NCBI GenBank assembly: GCA_963727775.1
Contig: CAVSHB010000003.1
Span: forward strand, 314,400 to 378,399
Direction of reading: 5' to 3'
Source of the DNA: an uncultured Nitrospiraceae bacterium
GTDB lineage: Bacteria; Nitrospirota; Thermodesulfovibrionia; Thermodesulfovibrionales; SM23-35
Length of the DNA: 64,000 nucleotides
Made by a program: the position numbers and the translations under genes. The notes beneath the pieces are model-generated. The model did no database searches, was not told where the DNA came from, and saw only the letters and a program-made list of their open reading frames with translations. Positions 46,095-56,267 of the stretch are shown piece after piece. Each line of letters starts with the position of its first letter. The stretch's first letter is position 1.

Positions 46095-46790
46095 CTACGC
46101 AAAAAGCCTTTTCATATTGCCCGATATAAACCGCATAGTTCTTGAATCCGCAAATTCGGTATGTTTATTTCTCTCGGCCAATGCCCTTAAATCATCAAGA
46201 CTGTCCACATCCCTCCATTTCTGAAGGATATGTACTTCATGATTATATTTATTGAATATCTCCATTGTCCTCCCGAATACCTCGTCCGTACTCCATGGTA
46301 TCCCATCAAATATTTCCGGAAGGAAAGTGTTATGGTTAAAACCTATCAGATAATACCCTCCGTCGAAGGCCGGGCCGATCACCGCATGGTCATTACATAA
46401 CTCGAGCGCCTTATCCAATAACGTATTGGGCAAATCAGGCACATCACTGCCGATTATCAATATGTTTGAAAATCCCTCTGTAAAAGACTCTGTAAAGGCG
46501 TTCTTCATTCTTTCACCTACATCCCGACCCTTCTGGGGCATATATTGATAGTCCTTCCCGAGCCAGTCCGAGAACTTTCCTTTTGAATCCGGCGGGGTAA
46601 AACAGATTTCAAAAGAATATCCGCCCTTTTTAAGCGTATCCACAAGGTCGAGCACAAAATTTTTGTAGAGAGCAAGAACGATAGTTTCATCCAAATTTAT
46701 TGAAAGCCGGGATTTTACTTTTCCCTTTTCAGGGAGTTTGACAAACAGGAGCACACATCCATCAGGGAGCGTCTTTGTCTTTCGAATCAC
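46095..46790 (-). CDS. DUF2064 / TIGR04282-like transferase 1
   Basis: 231 aa; LLFVKLPEKGKVKSRLS and DGGYYLIG motifs. Confidence 0.7.
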   Translation of the reverse strand: MIRKTKTLPDGCVLLFVKLPEKGKVKSRLSINLDETIVLALYKNFVLDLVDTLKKGGYSFEICFTPPDSKGKFSDWLGKDYQYMPQKGRDVGERMKNAFTESFTEGFSNILIIGSDVPDLPNTLLDKALELCNDHAVIGPAFDGGYYLIGFNHNTFLPEIFDGIPWSTDEVFGRTMEIFNKYNHEVHILQKWRDVDSLDDLRALAERNKHTEFADSRTMRFISGNMKRLFA

Positions 46791-46828
46791 TATGATATAG
46801 TATCATAATATAGCTGCATAATCAGCCC

Positions 46829-46950
46829 TAAATAATGGCGGAGACGGTATTTGAGCGGTTTTAAATTCTGTGAAGATTTATCGGAACAGAATTTACCTCG
46901 GAGGGCGACAGCCCGAGAATGAGCGAAAATACCGTGTCCGCCATTATTTA
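46829..46950 (+). repeat. structured palindromic repeat, plus orientation
   Basis: TAAATAATGGCGGAGACGGTATTTGAGCGG-TTTT-AAATTCTGT..ACAGAATTT-ACCTCGGAG-GGC-GACA-GCC-CGAGAATGAGCGAAAATACCGTGTCCGCCATTATTTA. Confidence 0.7.
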
Positions 46951-46958
46951 CAAATACG

Positions 46959-47384
46959 TCATGAATAATAAGGGGCGGTATTCAATAACTTTGTCAACAC
47001 AGGAATCAGTTCGGTACCCATTTTCCTCTTTGGTATATAGGCATTGGCCCCCGCTACAGCAGCGCCGGCCCGGTATGTGGAATCTTCATATATGCTCAGC
47101 ATTACTACCTGTGCCTTCGGAACAGCATCCCTAATGAGCCGGGTTGCGTCGATGCCGCTCATTCCGGGTAACATAATATCCATCAGGACGACGTCGGGCT
47201 GCATTTCCAGGACTTTGGCCAGGGCCTCTTCCGCGCTTTTTGACTGTAGAACACTACTGTCCCGGAAAACGGCGCCAAGCCACTTTTGTAATGATTCCCG
47301 CAGTGCATCATGATCTTCAATAATAAGGATAACGGGCTTCGTAATTTTGCAAATATCCCTGACATCGCCCATGATAAGATTCAA
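46959..47384 (-). CDS. single-domain response regulator (CheY-like receiver)
   Basis: 141 aa; DVVLMDIMLPGMSG, receiver fold only. Confidence 0.85.
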   Translation of the reverse strand: MNLIMGDVRDICKITKPVILIIEDHDALRESLQKWLGAVFRDSSVLQSKSAEEALAKVLEMQPDVVLMDIMLPGMSGIDATRLIRDAVPKAQVVMLSIYEDSTYRAGAAVAGANAYIPKRKMGTELIPVLTKLLNTAPYYS

Positions 47385-47476
47385 CCTCCCGATATAAACC
47401 TTAACTGATAGTTTAATTCCATTTTATCCAAATGTCTGTCAGGGAACTTTGACTTTTCTTGTAAGGTTTGTTTGAT

Positions 47477-48130
47477 TTATTTTATTGTTGTCAGACCGTG
47501 CTGGAGGGCAAACTTGACCAAACCGGGAATATCTTTGATGTTGAGTTTTTCCATGAAGCGGCACCTGTATGTCTCAACAGTCTTGACGGACAGGGAAAGG
47601 ACGTCGGCAATCTCGGAGCTGGATTTCCCCTCAACCACAAGCTGCAATATCTCCCTTTCCCTTGAAGTGAGCCGTTCCAGGGGACTCTGGCCCGCCGCGG
47701 GCTCACGCTCACATATGTAATCGTCGATTATAGTTTCAGTAATATATTGCGATAAATATCGACGCCCTGCATATACGGTACGGACAGCGGTGATTACTTC
47801 AGCGCCGGCTGATTCTTTTAACAAATAGCCCTTAGCCCCTGCCTTAAACGCATGGAAGATATGCTCGTTGGACGCATACATCGAGAGAATAATGGTGCGT
47901 GTAGAATGGCAGTGGTCCCGGATCTGCCGGGTTGCATCAATGCCGTTGAGTTCCGGCATTGCGATATCCATAATTACTACATCGGGGCACAGGCGTTTTA
48001 CCTCATGCACAGCCTTGCGTCCGTCCGCTGCTTCGCCGACAACGGAAATGTCCTTCTGGGTCTCTAACAGTAATCGCAGTCCTTCCCGCACAACCGCATG
48101 GTCATCGGCAAGAAAAACTCTTATAGCCAT
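47477..48130 (-). CDS. NarL/FixJ (LuxR) family response regulator
   Basis: 217 aa; receiver plus LTSREREILQLVVEGKSSSEIA HTH. Confidence 0.9.
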   Translation of the reverse strand: MAIRVFLADDHAVVREGLRLLLETQKDISVVGEAADGRKAVHEVKRLCPDVVIMDIAMPELNGIDATRQIRDHCHSTRTIILSMYASNEHIFHAFKAGAKGYLLKESAGAEVITAVRTVYAGRRYLSQYITETIIDDYICEREPAAGQSPLERLTSREREILQLVVEGKSSSEIADVLSLSVKTVETYRCRFMEKLNIKDIPGLVKFALQHGLTTIK

Positions 48131-48134
48131 AGGT

Positions 48135-49554
48135 TCATCTCTTTATCTCAATTTCGAGCCTCGTCCCTTTTCCCGGCTCGGACTTAATAATCAATTTCCC
48201 ATCTATTGCCTTCGTCCTCTCCTGTATATTGAGCAGCCCCCATCCGGAGCGCTCACTTAATCTGTTAACAGCCGCCGGGTCAAAGCCCACTCCATTATCA
48301 GTGACGGTCAAATGCGCTTTACCGTTATTTTCATCCAGCCTTATGGTAACCTGTGTAGCACCGGCATGTTTAACTACATTGGTCAAAACCTCCTGAACGA
48401 TGCGGAATAAAGTTGTCTCTACCTCTGACGGCAGACGAGGCACCAATTCTTCACCTTGTATATTGATTTGCAGCCCCATTCGCCTCGAGAACTGTGCTCC
48501 ATACCATCGTAATACCGCAAGCAGCCCATAATCATCCAGAACAGAAGGCCGCAAGTCAGCCATTAAGTCCCGGACCCGCCTCATGGTTTCTTCCAATATG
48601 CTCAACATGTCGGTCAAAAGCGCCTCTATCTCGCCTGTCAGGCAGCCGGATAATTTATTGCGCAGCATATTCAGATTAATGCCGAGCGCAGTCAGGTTCT
48701 GGCCGATCTGATCATGCAGTTCCCTGGAAAATCTTTGACGGTCGGTCTCTTCCGCCTTTGAGAGTCGCTTGGTAAGCGCACTCGAGCTGATCTCTTGACC
48801 TTATGAGCGCCTCTTCCGCGTTCTTAAGGTCAGTGATGTCGCGCCCTACCGACTGAAATTCCACTATCTGTCCTTTTTCGTCGAATATGGCCCTGTTGGT
48901 CCACTGCTGCCACCGGATATCACCATTGGGCATAATTGCACGATGCTCCATTAGGGCAACAGGTTGCTCACGGGTCAAAACAGGAATGCGTTTCTTCAGC
49001 TCCTCTGCAGGCATAAAAGGTATAGAGGAATGCCCTATAAGTTCCTCGCAGGATTTCCCGACATAACGACAACAAACTTCATTAACATAGGTAATTGTTC
49101 CGTCGGGCATCCAGCGGCAGATCAGTTCAGTCTGATCTTCAACTATGGCGCGGTATTTTTCTTCTGATTTCCGCAGATGCCTTATTTCTATCGCACGTGC
49201 CACCACAGGCCGTAGTATTTTCCAGTCCAGCGGTTTTGTTATATAATCAAATGCGCCGATCTTCATCGCCTCAACCGCGGTCTGGACTGTACCGTGCCCG
49301 GTTATGATAATGCATACCAGATGCCGGTCTTTCTTTAAGGCGGTCCTAAAAAGAGTGATGCCGTCTATTTCGGGCATCATAAGATCGGTAATGAGCAGGT
49401 CAAAATCCTGCTTGCTTAAGGCCTCTAATGCGTCTTTGGCCGACATAAATCGTATGACCTCATAGCCCGATTCCGTCAAGAAATCAGATAAAGGGGTTAC
49501 GACGTCAATTTCGTCATCAACAATCATTATTTTTTCTGAACGAATGTTATTCAT
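48135..49554 (-). pseudogene. REC-PAS-HisKA_3-HATPase hybrid sensor kinase with a frameshift near 48781
   Basis: ORF 48712..49554 (REC+PAS) and the frame open over 48135..48801 (SALTKRLSKAEETDRQRFSRELHDQIGQNLTAL, then ATPase) are in different frames and overlap. Confidence 0.7.
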
Positions 49555-49566
49555 CTTTCAGGCAAC

Positions 49567-49591
49567 AGGCTATAGGCTATAGGCTATAGGC
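49567..49591. repeat. 3.5 tandem copies of AGGCTAT
   Basis: AGGCTATAGGCTATAGGCTATAGGC, 13 nt upstream of the 49554 start codon. Confidence 0.8.
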
Positions 49592-49657
49592 GGGATGAAG
49601 GTCGTAACAGCAGATTTTTCGAAACGGATGGAGGAATTATTATACAAATCTTCTCCG

Positions 49658-51058
49658 TTAACCGGATGCTGATAAGGCTGTTTTTATTCCCCTGACAAGG
49701 ACCTCAACATCGCTGTCTCCCACTGTTCTTGCATCTATTATTAAGGAGTCTTCTTTTATTCTCGTGATAATAGGCGGACTGCCCTTTCTTAATCTCTCCT
49801 CAAGTTCATTAACGGATATCTTTGTAGTCCCTATAGATACCGCATAGGTAGGCAGATCTTCTTCCGGCAACGCCCCGCCGCCGGCCCTGGATGAATCCCC
49901 CATGACATGAACGTCGAGACTCTTTATCTCTTTTCTCAGCCTTCGCGCTATTCTGTTCGCCTGTTTTTTTATCTCTTCAGGCCTCTGCAACAACATCCGG
50001 AGCGTCGGAATGTTTTTAACGGCCTTTTCTTCGTCAATGTATTCCATGAGTGTCGCTTCAAAACCGGCGAGTGTCAGCTTGTCTATTCTCATGGCTCTTG
50101 TCATCGGGTTTTTCTGGATCCTTTCGATGTATTTTCTTTTCCCTACGATAACCCCTCCCTGCGGCCCTCCAAGGAGTTTGTCGCCGCTGAAGGTTGTCAG
50201 ATCAACCTCTGAATTCACGATATCTTTTACTACCGGTTCATTGTGAATGCCGAACGGCTTCAAATCAATAAGACATCCGCTGCCGAGATCGAACATCACC
50301 GGCAGGTGATGTTTTTGTCCGAGTGTAACGAGGTCCTGCGTGTATACTTCGTCGGTAAATCCGACAATCTTATAATTGGATTTATGGATCTTCAGAATAA
50401 GCGAGGTGTTTTCATTTATCGCTTTTTCATAGTCGTACAGATGTGTCTTATTCGTTGTGCCTACTTCGCGGAGTACGGCGCCGCTTGCCGCCATGACATC
50501 GGGCAATCTGAAAGATCCTCCTATTTCAACAAGTTCACCCCTTGAAACAATGACCTCTTTGCCCTTTGATAATGTGTTAAGGCAGAGCAGCACTGCTGCA
50601 GCATTGTTGTTCACAACGAGCGCATCTTCAGCATTCGTTACTTCCCTTAGAATCCTCTTGATATGGGTATATCTTTTCCCGCGTTTCCCTTTGTCAATGT
50701 CGTATTCAAGGTTGGAATAACTTTCTGAAACCCGTCTGATATTTTCGAGCGCCCGTTCAGAGAGGATAGACCGCCCAAGGTTTGTATGGATTACGACGCC
50801 TGTCGCATTGATCAAAGGCTTCAGGCTGTAAGAAGAAAGTCTTTGAATTATACGCTCGATATCGGCCATCATAATATCTTCTGAGAGATCGGTGGAAAGA
50901 CCTTCGAGGATCTCTCTCCTCCTGCGGTCGATCCCATCTCTTATGGCCTGTATGACATACCTTCTTTGATAGGTATTGAGCCATTCGGCGCCTCGCCGGC
51001 TCTTCAGTAATTCATCGACTGAGGGAAGATTAGAGAGCAGTTTCTGTTTTTCGTCCAT
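49658..51058 (-). CDS. selA: L-seryl-tRNA(Sec) selenium transferase
   Basis: 466 aa; SelA N-terminal domain, PLP-lysine context FSGDKLLGGPQGG. Confidence 0.9.
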   Translation of the reverse strand: MDEKQKLLSNLPSVDELLKSRRGAEWLNTYQRRYVIQAIRDGIDRRRREILEGLSTDLSEDIMMADIERIIQRLSSYSLKPLINATGVVIHTNLGRSILSERALENIRRVSESYSNLEYDIDKGKRGKRYTHIKRILREVTNAEDALVVNNNAAAVLLCLNTLSKGKEVIVSRGELVEIGGSFRLPDVMAASGAVLREVGTTNKTHLYDYEKAINENTSLILKIHKSNYKIVGFTDEVYTQDLVTLGQKHHLPVMFDLGSGCLIDLKPFGIHNEPVVKDIVNSEVDLTTFSGDKLLGGPQGGVIVGKRKYIERIQKNPMTRAMRIDKLTLAGFEATLMEYIDEEKAVKNIPTLRMLLQRPEEIKKQANRIARRLRKEIKSLDVHVMGDSSRAGGGALPEEDLPTYAVSIGTTKISVNELEERLRKGSPPIITRIKEDSLIIDARTVGDSDVEVLVRGIKTALSASG

Positions 51059-51130
51059 CTATTTTTCTACCACAGAATGAAAATAAGGTCAATGCATTTT
51101 CTCCTACCCCACTTAATTCACACAATTGTG

Positions 51131-51243
51131 ATTACCGGCAGATATAGTATTTGCGCGGTTTTAAATTCTTTCTTTGAAAGAATTTACCTCGGAGTCCGCC
51201 ACGGCGGACGAGAATGAGCGCAAGTACTATATCTGTCGGTAAT
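51131..51243 (+). repeat. structured palindromic repeat, plus orientation, upstream of purF
   Basis: ATTACCGGCAGATATAGTATTTGCGCGG-TTTT-AAATTCTTTC-TTT-GAAAGAATTT-ACCTCGGAG-TCCGC-CACG-GCGGA-CGAGAATGAGCGCAAGTACTATATCTGTCGGTAAT. Confidence 0.75.
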
Positions 51244-51309
51244 CCTTAATTATTATACACGGGAGTATAGAATCATTGAAGATTAGATATATGTTAAACT
51301 AATTTAATC

Positions 51310-52710
51310 ATGTTCCACGACATCCACGAAGAATGCGGCGTATTCGGGATATATGGACATCCCGAGGCGGCGAACCTCACCTATCTCGGGCTTTATGCCT
51401 TGCAGCACAGGGGCCAGGAAGGCGCGGGCATCTGTTCATCCGATGGGAGACAGGTCTTTCTTGAGAAATCCATGGGACTTATTGCCGATGTCTTCAGCGA
51501 AAAAAGGCTGAAACGTTTGCCGGGCTATATCGCCATAGGCCACAACAGATATTCCACGGCCGGCACCAGTGTGTTGAAAAACGTTCAGCCCCTCGTTGCG
51601 AATTTCGCTCTCGGCACACTTGCGATAGCGCACAACGGAAATCTCGTCAGCGCAGTAGATCTCAGGGCCTCACTTGAAGAAGAAGGCGCAATATTCCAGT
51701 CCTCATCGGACAGTGAAGTTATAGTGCATCTTATCGCCCATTCAAAAGGTAACGAATTCTGTGAAAGAGTGGCCCATGCGGTCTCACAGATAAGCGGTTC
51801 CTTCAGCCTTCTTATAATGAGAGAAAAAGAACTTATCGCAATTAGAGACCCTTACGGCGTAAGGCCTCTCAGCCTCGGCATGAAAGACGGTGCATATGTC
51901 GTGGCTTCCGAGACATGCTCGTTCGACCTCATCGGGGCCACGTATATACGCGACGTGGAGCCGGGTGAAGTCCTTATCATAAACGAGCAGGGGCTCGAAT
52001 CTCTCAAGATATTCAACAGCCAGAGGAAGGCATTCTGTGTATTCGAATTTATTTATTTTTCGAGGCCCGACAGCAACATCTTCGGTGGGGTGAATGTCAA
52101 TGAGATGAGGAAAGAATTCGGCAGGCAACTCGCACGGGAGTCCTTTACAGATGCCGATCTTGTCATACCTGTTCCTGATTCCGGAGTTCCGGCAGCGATA
52201 GGTTTTTCGGAGGAAAGCGGGATCCCTTTTGATTTTGGCCTCATCAGGAACCATTACGTCGGAAGGACTTTTATAGAACCGAAACACAGCATAAGACATT
52301 TCGGCGTCAAGATCAAACTTAATCCCGTAAGAAAGCTCCTTGAAGGTAAAAGACTGATTGTAATAGACGATTCGATTGTCAGAGGTACAACAAGCAAAAA
52401 GATCGTCAAGATGCTGAGAGAAGGTGGAGGCGCCAGGGAAGTGCATTTAAAAATTAGCTCGCCGCCGACCATCGGTCCCTGCTTTTACGGGATAGACACT
52501 CCTACAAGGCGAGAACTTATAGCCTCAACTCATCTCATCGACGAGATCAAGAAATATGTCACCGCCGATTCCCTGTCTTATCTCAGCCTTGAAGGTCTTA
52601 AAAAAATAGTCCCGGAATCCCATAATTACTGCACCGCCTGTTTTGATTGCAACTATCCTATAAGCTTTCCGGGCGCGCACCTCAAACAGATGGAATTTTT
52701 GTTCAGGTAG
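51310..52710 (+). CDS. purF: amidophosphoribosyltransferase
   Basis: 466 aa; N-terminal Cys (ECGVFG), PRTase motif [12 protein letters not shown]-terminal Cys cluster. Confidence 0.95.
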   Translation: MFHDIHEECGVFGIYGHPEAANLTYLGLYALQHRGQEGAGICSSDGRQVFLEKSMGLIADVFSEKRLKRLPGYIAIGHNRYSTAGTSVLKNVQPLVANFALGTLAIAHNGNLVSAVDLRASLEEEGAIFQSSSDSEVIVHLIAHSKGNEFCERVAHAVSQISGSFSLLIMREKELIAIRDPYGVRPLSLGMKDGAYVVASETCSFDLIGATYIRDVEPGEVLIINEQGLESLKIFNSQRKAFCVFEFIYFSRPDSNIFGGVNVNEMRKEFGRQLARESFTDADLVIPVPDSGVPAAIGFSEESGIPFDFGLIRNHYVGRTFIEPKHSIRHFGVKIKLNPVRKLLEGKRLIVIDDSIVRGTTSKKIVKMLREGGGAREVHLKISSPPTIGPCFYGIDTPTRRELIASTHLIDEIKKYVTADSLSYLSLEGLKKIVPESHNYCTACFDCNYPISFPGAHLKQMEFLFR

Positions 52711-52723
52711 AAAAATCAAAAAC

Positions 52724-53851
52724 TTGGTGACCTGCGCATTAAGAGACATTTTCACGATTAACCTCGGAGTACAAAGACATGAGAAAGTCCTTCTGTTTGG
52801 TGACAGGGTTTCCCAAAGGGAGCATGTAAATGAAACCGACAGAGAAAGAAGGACCAAGCTCAGATGCGTTGCCATGCTTGCGGCTGAAATAGGTCGAAGT
52901 CTCTGCAAAGAAATCCTTTATTTCGAATATCCGGCTACCGGCTCTCACGGTGCGGAACCTCCGGTGGAACTGTGGAAGCTTGCATTCGGGGAAAAAGCAA
53001 TAGAAACTTTAAAGGCAGAGCGGCTTCTTATGCCTATTCTCAGAAAAAGTACAAAAGATGAGGATATCGATAGGGCGGAAGGCGTAATTGAAAAACATAA
53101 AAAAAATGCCGTGGATTGTGTTATTGCACTCTCAAACTATTCCACAAGTCATACAAGGTTCAGGGATTTCCTGACAAAGATTTGCGGGAGCAGATATGCG
53201 AGCATGCCTTTATTCGATATATCCATGCTTGAGGGCGCCATGAACATTGACTGGAAGGCCCTCGCTAAAAGGACAACGGCGATGGCAAGAATAATAAACA
53301 AAGCTGAATGCTTTGAGATTAAAACGCCTAACGGCACGCATCTTTCTTTCTCGAAGAAAGGGAGAAAGGCTTTAGCGGATACGGGTCTACTGACAAAACC
53401 GGGATCTTTCAGCAATCTGCCTGCTGGCGAGGTTTTCCTTGCACCCGTTGAAGGTACGGCCCACGGGAGACTTGTTCTGGAATGGGCCCCGATGAGACAC
53501 CTTGATTCTCCAGCAACTCTAACGATCAAAAATGGCAGTGTTGCGAATATCTCCGGGAAGGATGAGTACGCTGAAACCCTAAGAATGAAACTCGCGGAGA
53601 GAAAAGAAAATGGAAATATTGCCGAGCTTGGCATCGGAACGAATAACGCGGCAAAAAGGCCTGACAATATCCTCGAATCGGAAAAAATACTCGGTACAAT
53701 CCACGTAGCCCTGGGTGATAACAGTTCATTCGGAGGGAAGGTCCAAACCCCTTTTCATCAGGATTTTGTATTTTTTAAACCGACGGTAACCTTGATCCAT
53801 AAAGACGGCAGCAGAAAAGACATTCTGAAGACCGGAAAATTGCTCTGTTAG
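52724..53851 (+). CDS. aminopeptidase, M29-like (tentative)
   Basis: 375 aa; layout and the GTIHVALGDN segment resemble the aminopeptidase T/S family. Confidence 0.6.
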   Translation: MVTCALRDIFTINLGVQRHEKVLLFGDRVSQREHVNETDRERRTKLRCVAMLAAEIGRSLCKEILYFEYPATGSHGAEPPVELWKLAFGEKAIETLKAERLLMPILRKSTKDEDIDRAEGVIEKHKKNAVDCVIALSNYSTSHTRFRDFLTKICGSRYASMPLFDISMLEGAMNIDWKALAKRTTAMARIINKAECFEIKTPNGTHLSFSKKGRKALADTGLLTKPGSFSNLPAGEVFLAPVEGTAHGRLVLEWAPMRHLDSPATLTIKNGSVANISGKDEYAETLRMKLAERKENGNIAELGIGTNNAAKRPDNILESEKILGTIHVALGDNSSFGGKVQTPFHQDFVFFKPTVTLIHKDGSRKDILKTGKLLC

Positions 53852-53887
53852 TAAAATTGTGCAGACATTTAAGGAATAATTATTGAT

Positions 53888-55765
53888 ATGCGTTATATAA
53901 TCCTTGGAACCGCAGGCCACATCGATCACGGCAAGAGTGCGCTTGTTAAAGCGCTGACCGGCATAGACCCCGACAGACTGAAAGAGGAGAAAGAGCGGGG
54001 CATCACTATTGATCTCGGGTTTGCAGACCTTCATTATCCCGAGGGTCTTACTGTGGGTATAGTTGACGTACCCGGACATGAAAGGCTTGTTAAGAACATG
54101 CTCGCGGGCGCCGGAGGGATCGATCTTGTTCTCCTTGTCATTGCGGCGGATGAAGGGATCATGCCGCAGAGCCGTGAGCATCTTCATATCTGCAACCTTC
54201 TCAAGATTAAATCCGGTCTTATAGCAATCACAAAGGCAGATCTTGTTGACGGGGAATGGCTTCAGCTTGTTGAAGATGATGTAAAAAATTTTGTCAAAGG
54301 CAGTTTCCTTGAAAGGACTGCCATTGTCCCGGTATCATCAAAAACAATGCTTAATATCGACCTCCTGAAAGAAAAGATCAGAGAAGCGGCTTTAAACGTA
54401 GAACCAAAACCGACGAAAGGGCTTTTCAGACTTCCTATCGACAGGGTTTTTACTTTAAAAGGGTTTGGGACCGTAGTCACGGGGACTGCAATTTCGGGGA
54501 GCATATCCATTGACGACGACGTGGAAATCCTCCCGAGCAACATAAAAAGTAAGGTCCGCGGTCTCCACAGCCACGGCAAACCGATACAGACGGCATATGC
54601 AGGCCAGAGGGTTGCGATAAACCTTCAGGGGATAGATAAAGATGAATTAAACCGAGGAGATTCCGTTGTCGTACCTGAAAAGTTAACACCGACAAAAAAG
54701 ATCGACGCCAACATAGAAATGCTTGAGGATACGCCGGTTCTTAAAAGTAAAAGTCTTGTCCATTTTCACCTCGGCACATCCGAGACCGTGGCCCGGATAA
54801 TCCTTTACGGACGGAACGAGATCAAGGCCGGTGAGCATTGCTACTGCCAGTTCAGGCTTAAGGAGCCGGTTATTGCCATGGCAGGGGACAGATATATCAT
54901 AAGAAGGTTTTCCCCGGTTGTGACCATAGGCGGCGGAGAGGTGCTCGATCCATTGTCGTTCAGAAGGAGTTTTAAAGAAGGCACGTCTGATTTAAGTATA
55001 TTTGAAGCGGGCACTCCACCTGAAAAGATAGCCATGAAGGTGCAAAAATCCGGAATACAGGGGATTAAAATCTCATTGATTGAGGGATGGATGAAGGCAG
55101 AGCTTACCTCGATAAAAGATTCAATAAAAAGCCTGAAAGAAAAAAGCATACTCGCACAATTCGAAGATGTCCTCATTCATAACAGCGCATTAATTTCTTT
55201 TCAGGAGACCGTTAAAAACATTATGAATGATTTTCATAAAAAAAACCCTCTGAAGCCCGGAATGTCTAAAGAGGAGCTAAGGGCCAATTTCAAAATTGAC
55301 CCGCGGCTTTTCGGTAATCTGATAACTTCACTGAAAGATATTGTCATCGAAAAGGAGCTTGTCCGTCTTTCATCTTTTAGAATAGCTTTGTCACAGGTGG
55401 ATGAGACAGTAAAGACAAGAATCCTCGAGCTCCTTGAAAAAAGCGGATTTCAGCCCCCGACAAAAGAAGAACTGGCACAGTCTTTAAACATGGATGTAAA
55501 GCGTTTTTCGGATATCCTGAAACTGATGTCCAAAGAAGGTAGTCTTGTAAGGATCAGCGACTCGACGCACATAACAGCTTCCACATATAAAATGATAATC
55601 GATAACCTGAAGAACTTTTTCAGTAAAAAACCCGAAATGACCGTTGCAGAGTTCAGGAACGTCCTCGGCACTTCAAGGAAGTATGCCCTGCCCTTTCTCG
55701 AATACCTGGACTCGAATAAGATTACTATGAGAGTGGGAGATGTAAGAAAGTTCCTGCTGAAGTAA
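53888..55765 (+). CDS. selB: selenocysteine-specific elongation factor
   Basis: 625 aa; GTPase [21 protein letters not shown]; long winged-helix C-terminal extension. Confidence 0.9.
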   Translation: MRYIILGTAGHIDHGKSALVKALTGIDPDRLKEEKERGITIDLGFADLHYPEGLTVGIVDVPGHERLVKNMLAGAGGIDLVLLVIAADEGIMPQSREHLHICNLLKIKSGLIAITKADLVDGEWLQLVEDDVKNFVKGSFLERTAIVPVSSKTMLNIDLLKEKIREAALNVEPKPTKGLFRLPIDRVFTLKGFGTVVTGTAISGSISIDDDVEILPSNIKSKVRGLHSHGKPIQTAYAGQRVAINLQGIDKDELNRGDSVVVPEKLTPTKKIDANIEMLEDTPVLKSKSLVHFHLGTSETVARIILYGRNEIKAGEHCYCQFRLKEPVIAMAGDRYIIRRFSPVVTIGGGEVLDPLSFRRSFKEGTSDLSIFEAGTPPEKIAMKVQKSGIQGIKISLIEGWMKAELTSIKDSIKSLKEKSILAQFEDVLIHNSALISFQETVKNIMNDFHKKNPLKPGMSKEELRANFKIDPRLFGNLITSLKDIVIEKELVRLSSFRIALSQVDETVKTRILELLEKSGFQPPTKEELAQSLNMDVKRFSDILKLMSKEGSLVRISDSTHITASTYKMIIDNLKNFFSKKPEMTVAEFRNVLGTSRKYALPFLEYLDSNKITMRVGDVRKFLLK

Positions 55766-55766
55766 G

Positions 55767-56267
55767 CTATTCAATACGCTTCAGCAAACACACTGCTTGA
55801 GCCGCAATGCCTTCGCCGCGGCCTATAAATCCCATCCCTTCGTTTGTCTTTGTTTTTATATTGATCTTTCCGGAAAAAATTCCCCATTGTGATAGCGCCT
55901 CCTTCATGGATTCTATGTACGGAGACAGCTTAGGCTCCTCGGCTATGATGGTTGCGTCTATCCATGACACCTCATACCCGCTTGCCCCTGCAAGTCCGAC
56001 AATATATTTCAGGAGTTCAACACTTGATGCGTCCTTCCATTTCGGGTCTGTGTCGGGGAAATGGACGCCGATATCGCCGATTCCGAGCGCACCGATAATA
56101 GAGTCTATAATCGCGTGGCATAAGACATCCGCATCAGAATGACCGAGGAGCCCCTTTTCAAACGGGATGTTTACCCCGCCGATTATCAGCTTCCTACCCG
56201 AAGCAAGCTTATGAGAATCATAACCAATGCCTATACGCATAGCTTTAACAATGCTTCGGCAATACAA
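55767..56267 (-). CDS. ispF: 2-C-methyl-D-erythritol 2,4-cyclodiphosphate synthase
   Basis: MRIGIGYDSHKL, GHSDADV; probable true start at the internal Met near 56240. Confidence 0.9.
   Translation of the reverse strand: MYCRSIVKAMRIGIGYDSHKLASGRKLIIGGVNIPFEKGLLGHSDADVLCHAIIDSIIGALGIGDIGVHFPDTDPKWKDASSVELLKYIVGLAGASGYEVSWIDATIIAEEPKLSPYIESMKEALSQWGIFSGKINIKTKTNEGMGFIGRGEGIAAQAVCLLKRIE

Noticed and set aside
46919-47134. 71-aa ORF starting at the conserved ATGAGCG of the structured repeat; all four copies could encode MS-x-(S/N)-T-(I/L/V)... after a GGAG plus hairpin
   Set aside because: In the other three copies the frame stops after 11-17 codons. The 71-aa version runs antisense through the response-regulator gene. 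The apparent codon conservation is explained by the paired 3-prime arm of the outer stem. It is kept only as a remote possibility of a mini-ORF.
49567-49591. CRISPR array, here or elsewhere
   Set aside because: Only short tandem or dispersed repeats exist. There is no repeat-spacer periodicity of 25-40 nt units anywhere in the window, and no cas genes.
51131-51243. Self-cleaving ribozyme (hammerhead-like three-way junction) or riboswitch in the purF leader
   Set aside because: The junction strands (GGTTTT, ACC, AATGAG) do not match the invariant CUGANGA / GAAA hammerhead core or any riboswitch core I know. Copies also occur in unrelated contexts and orientations.
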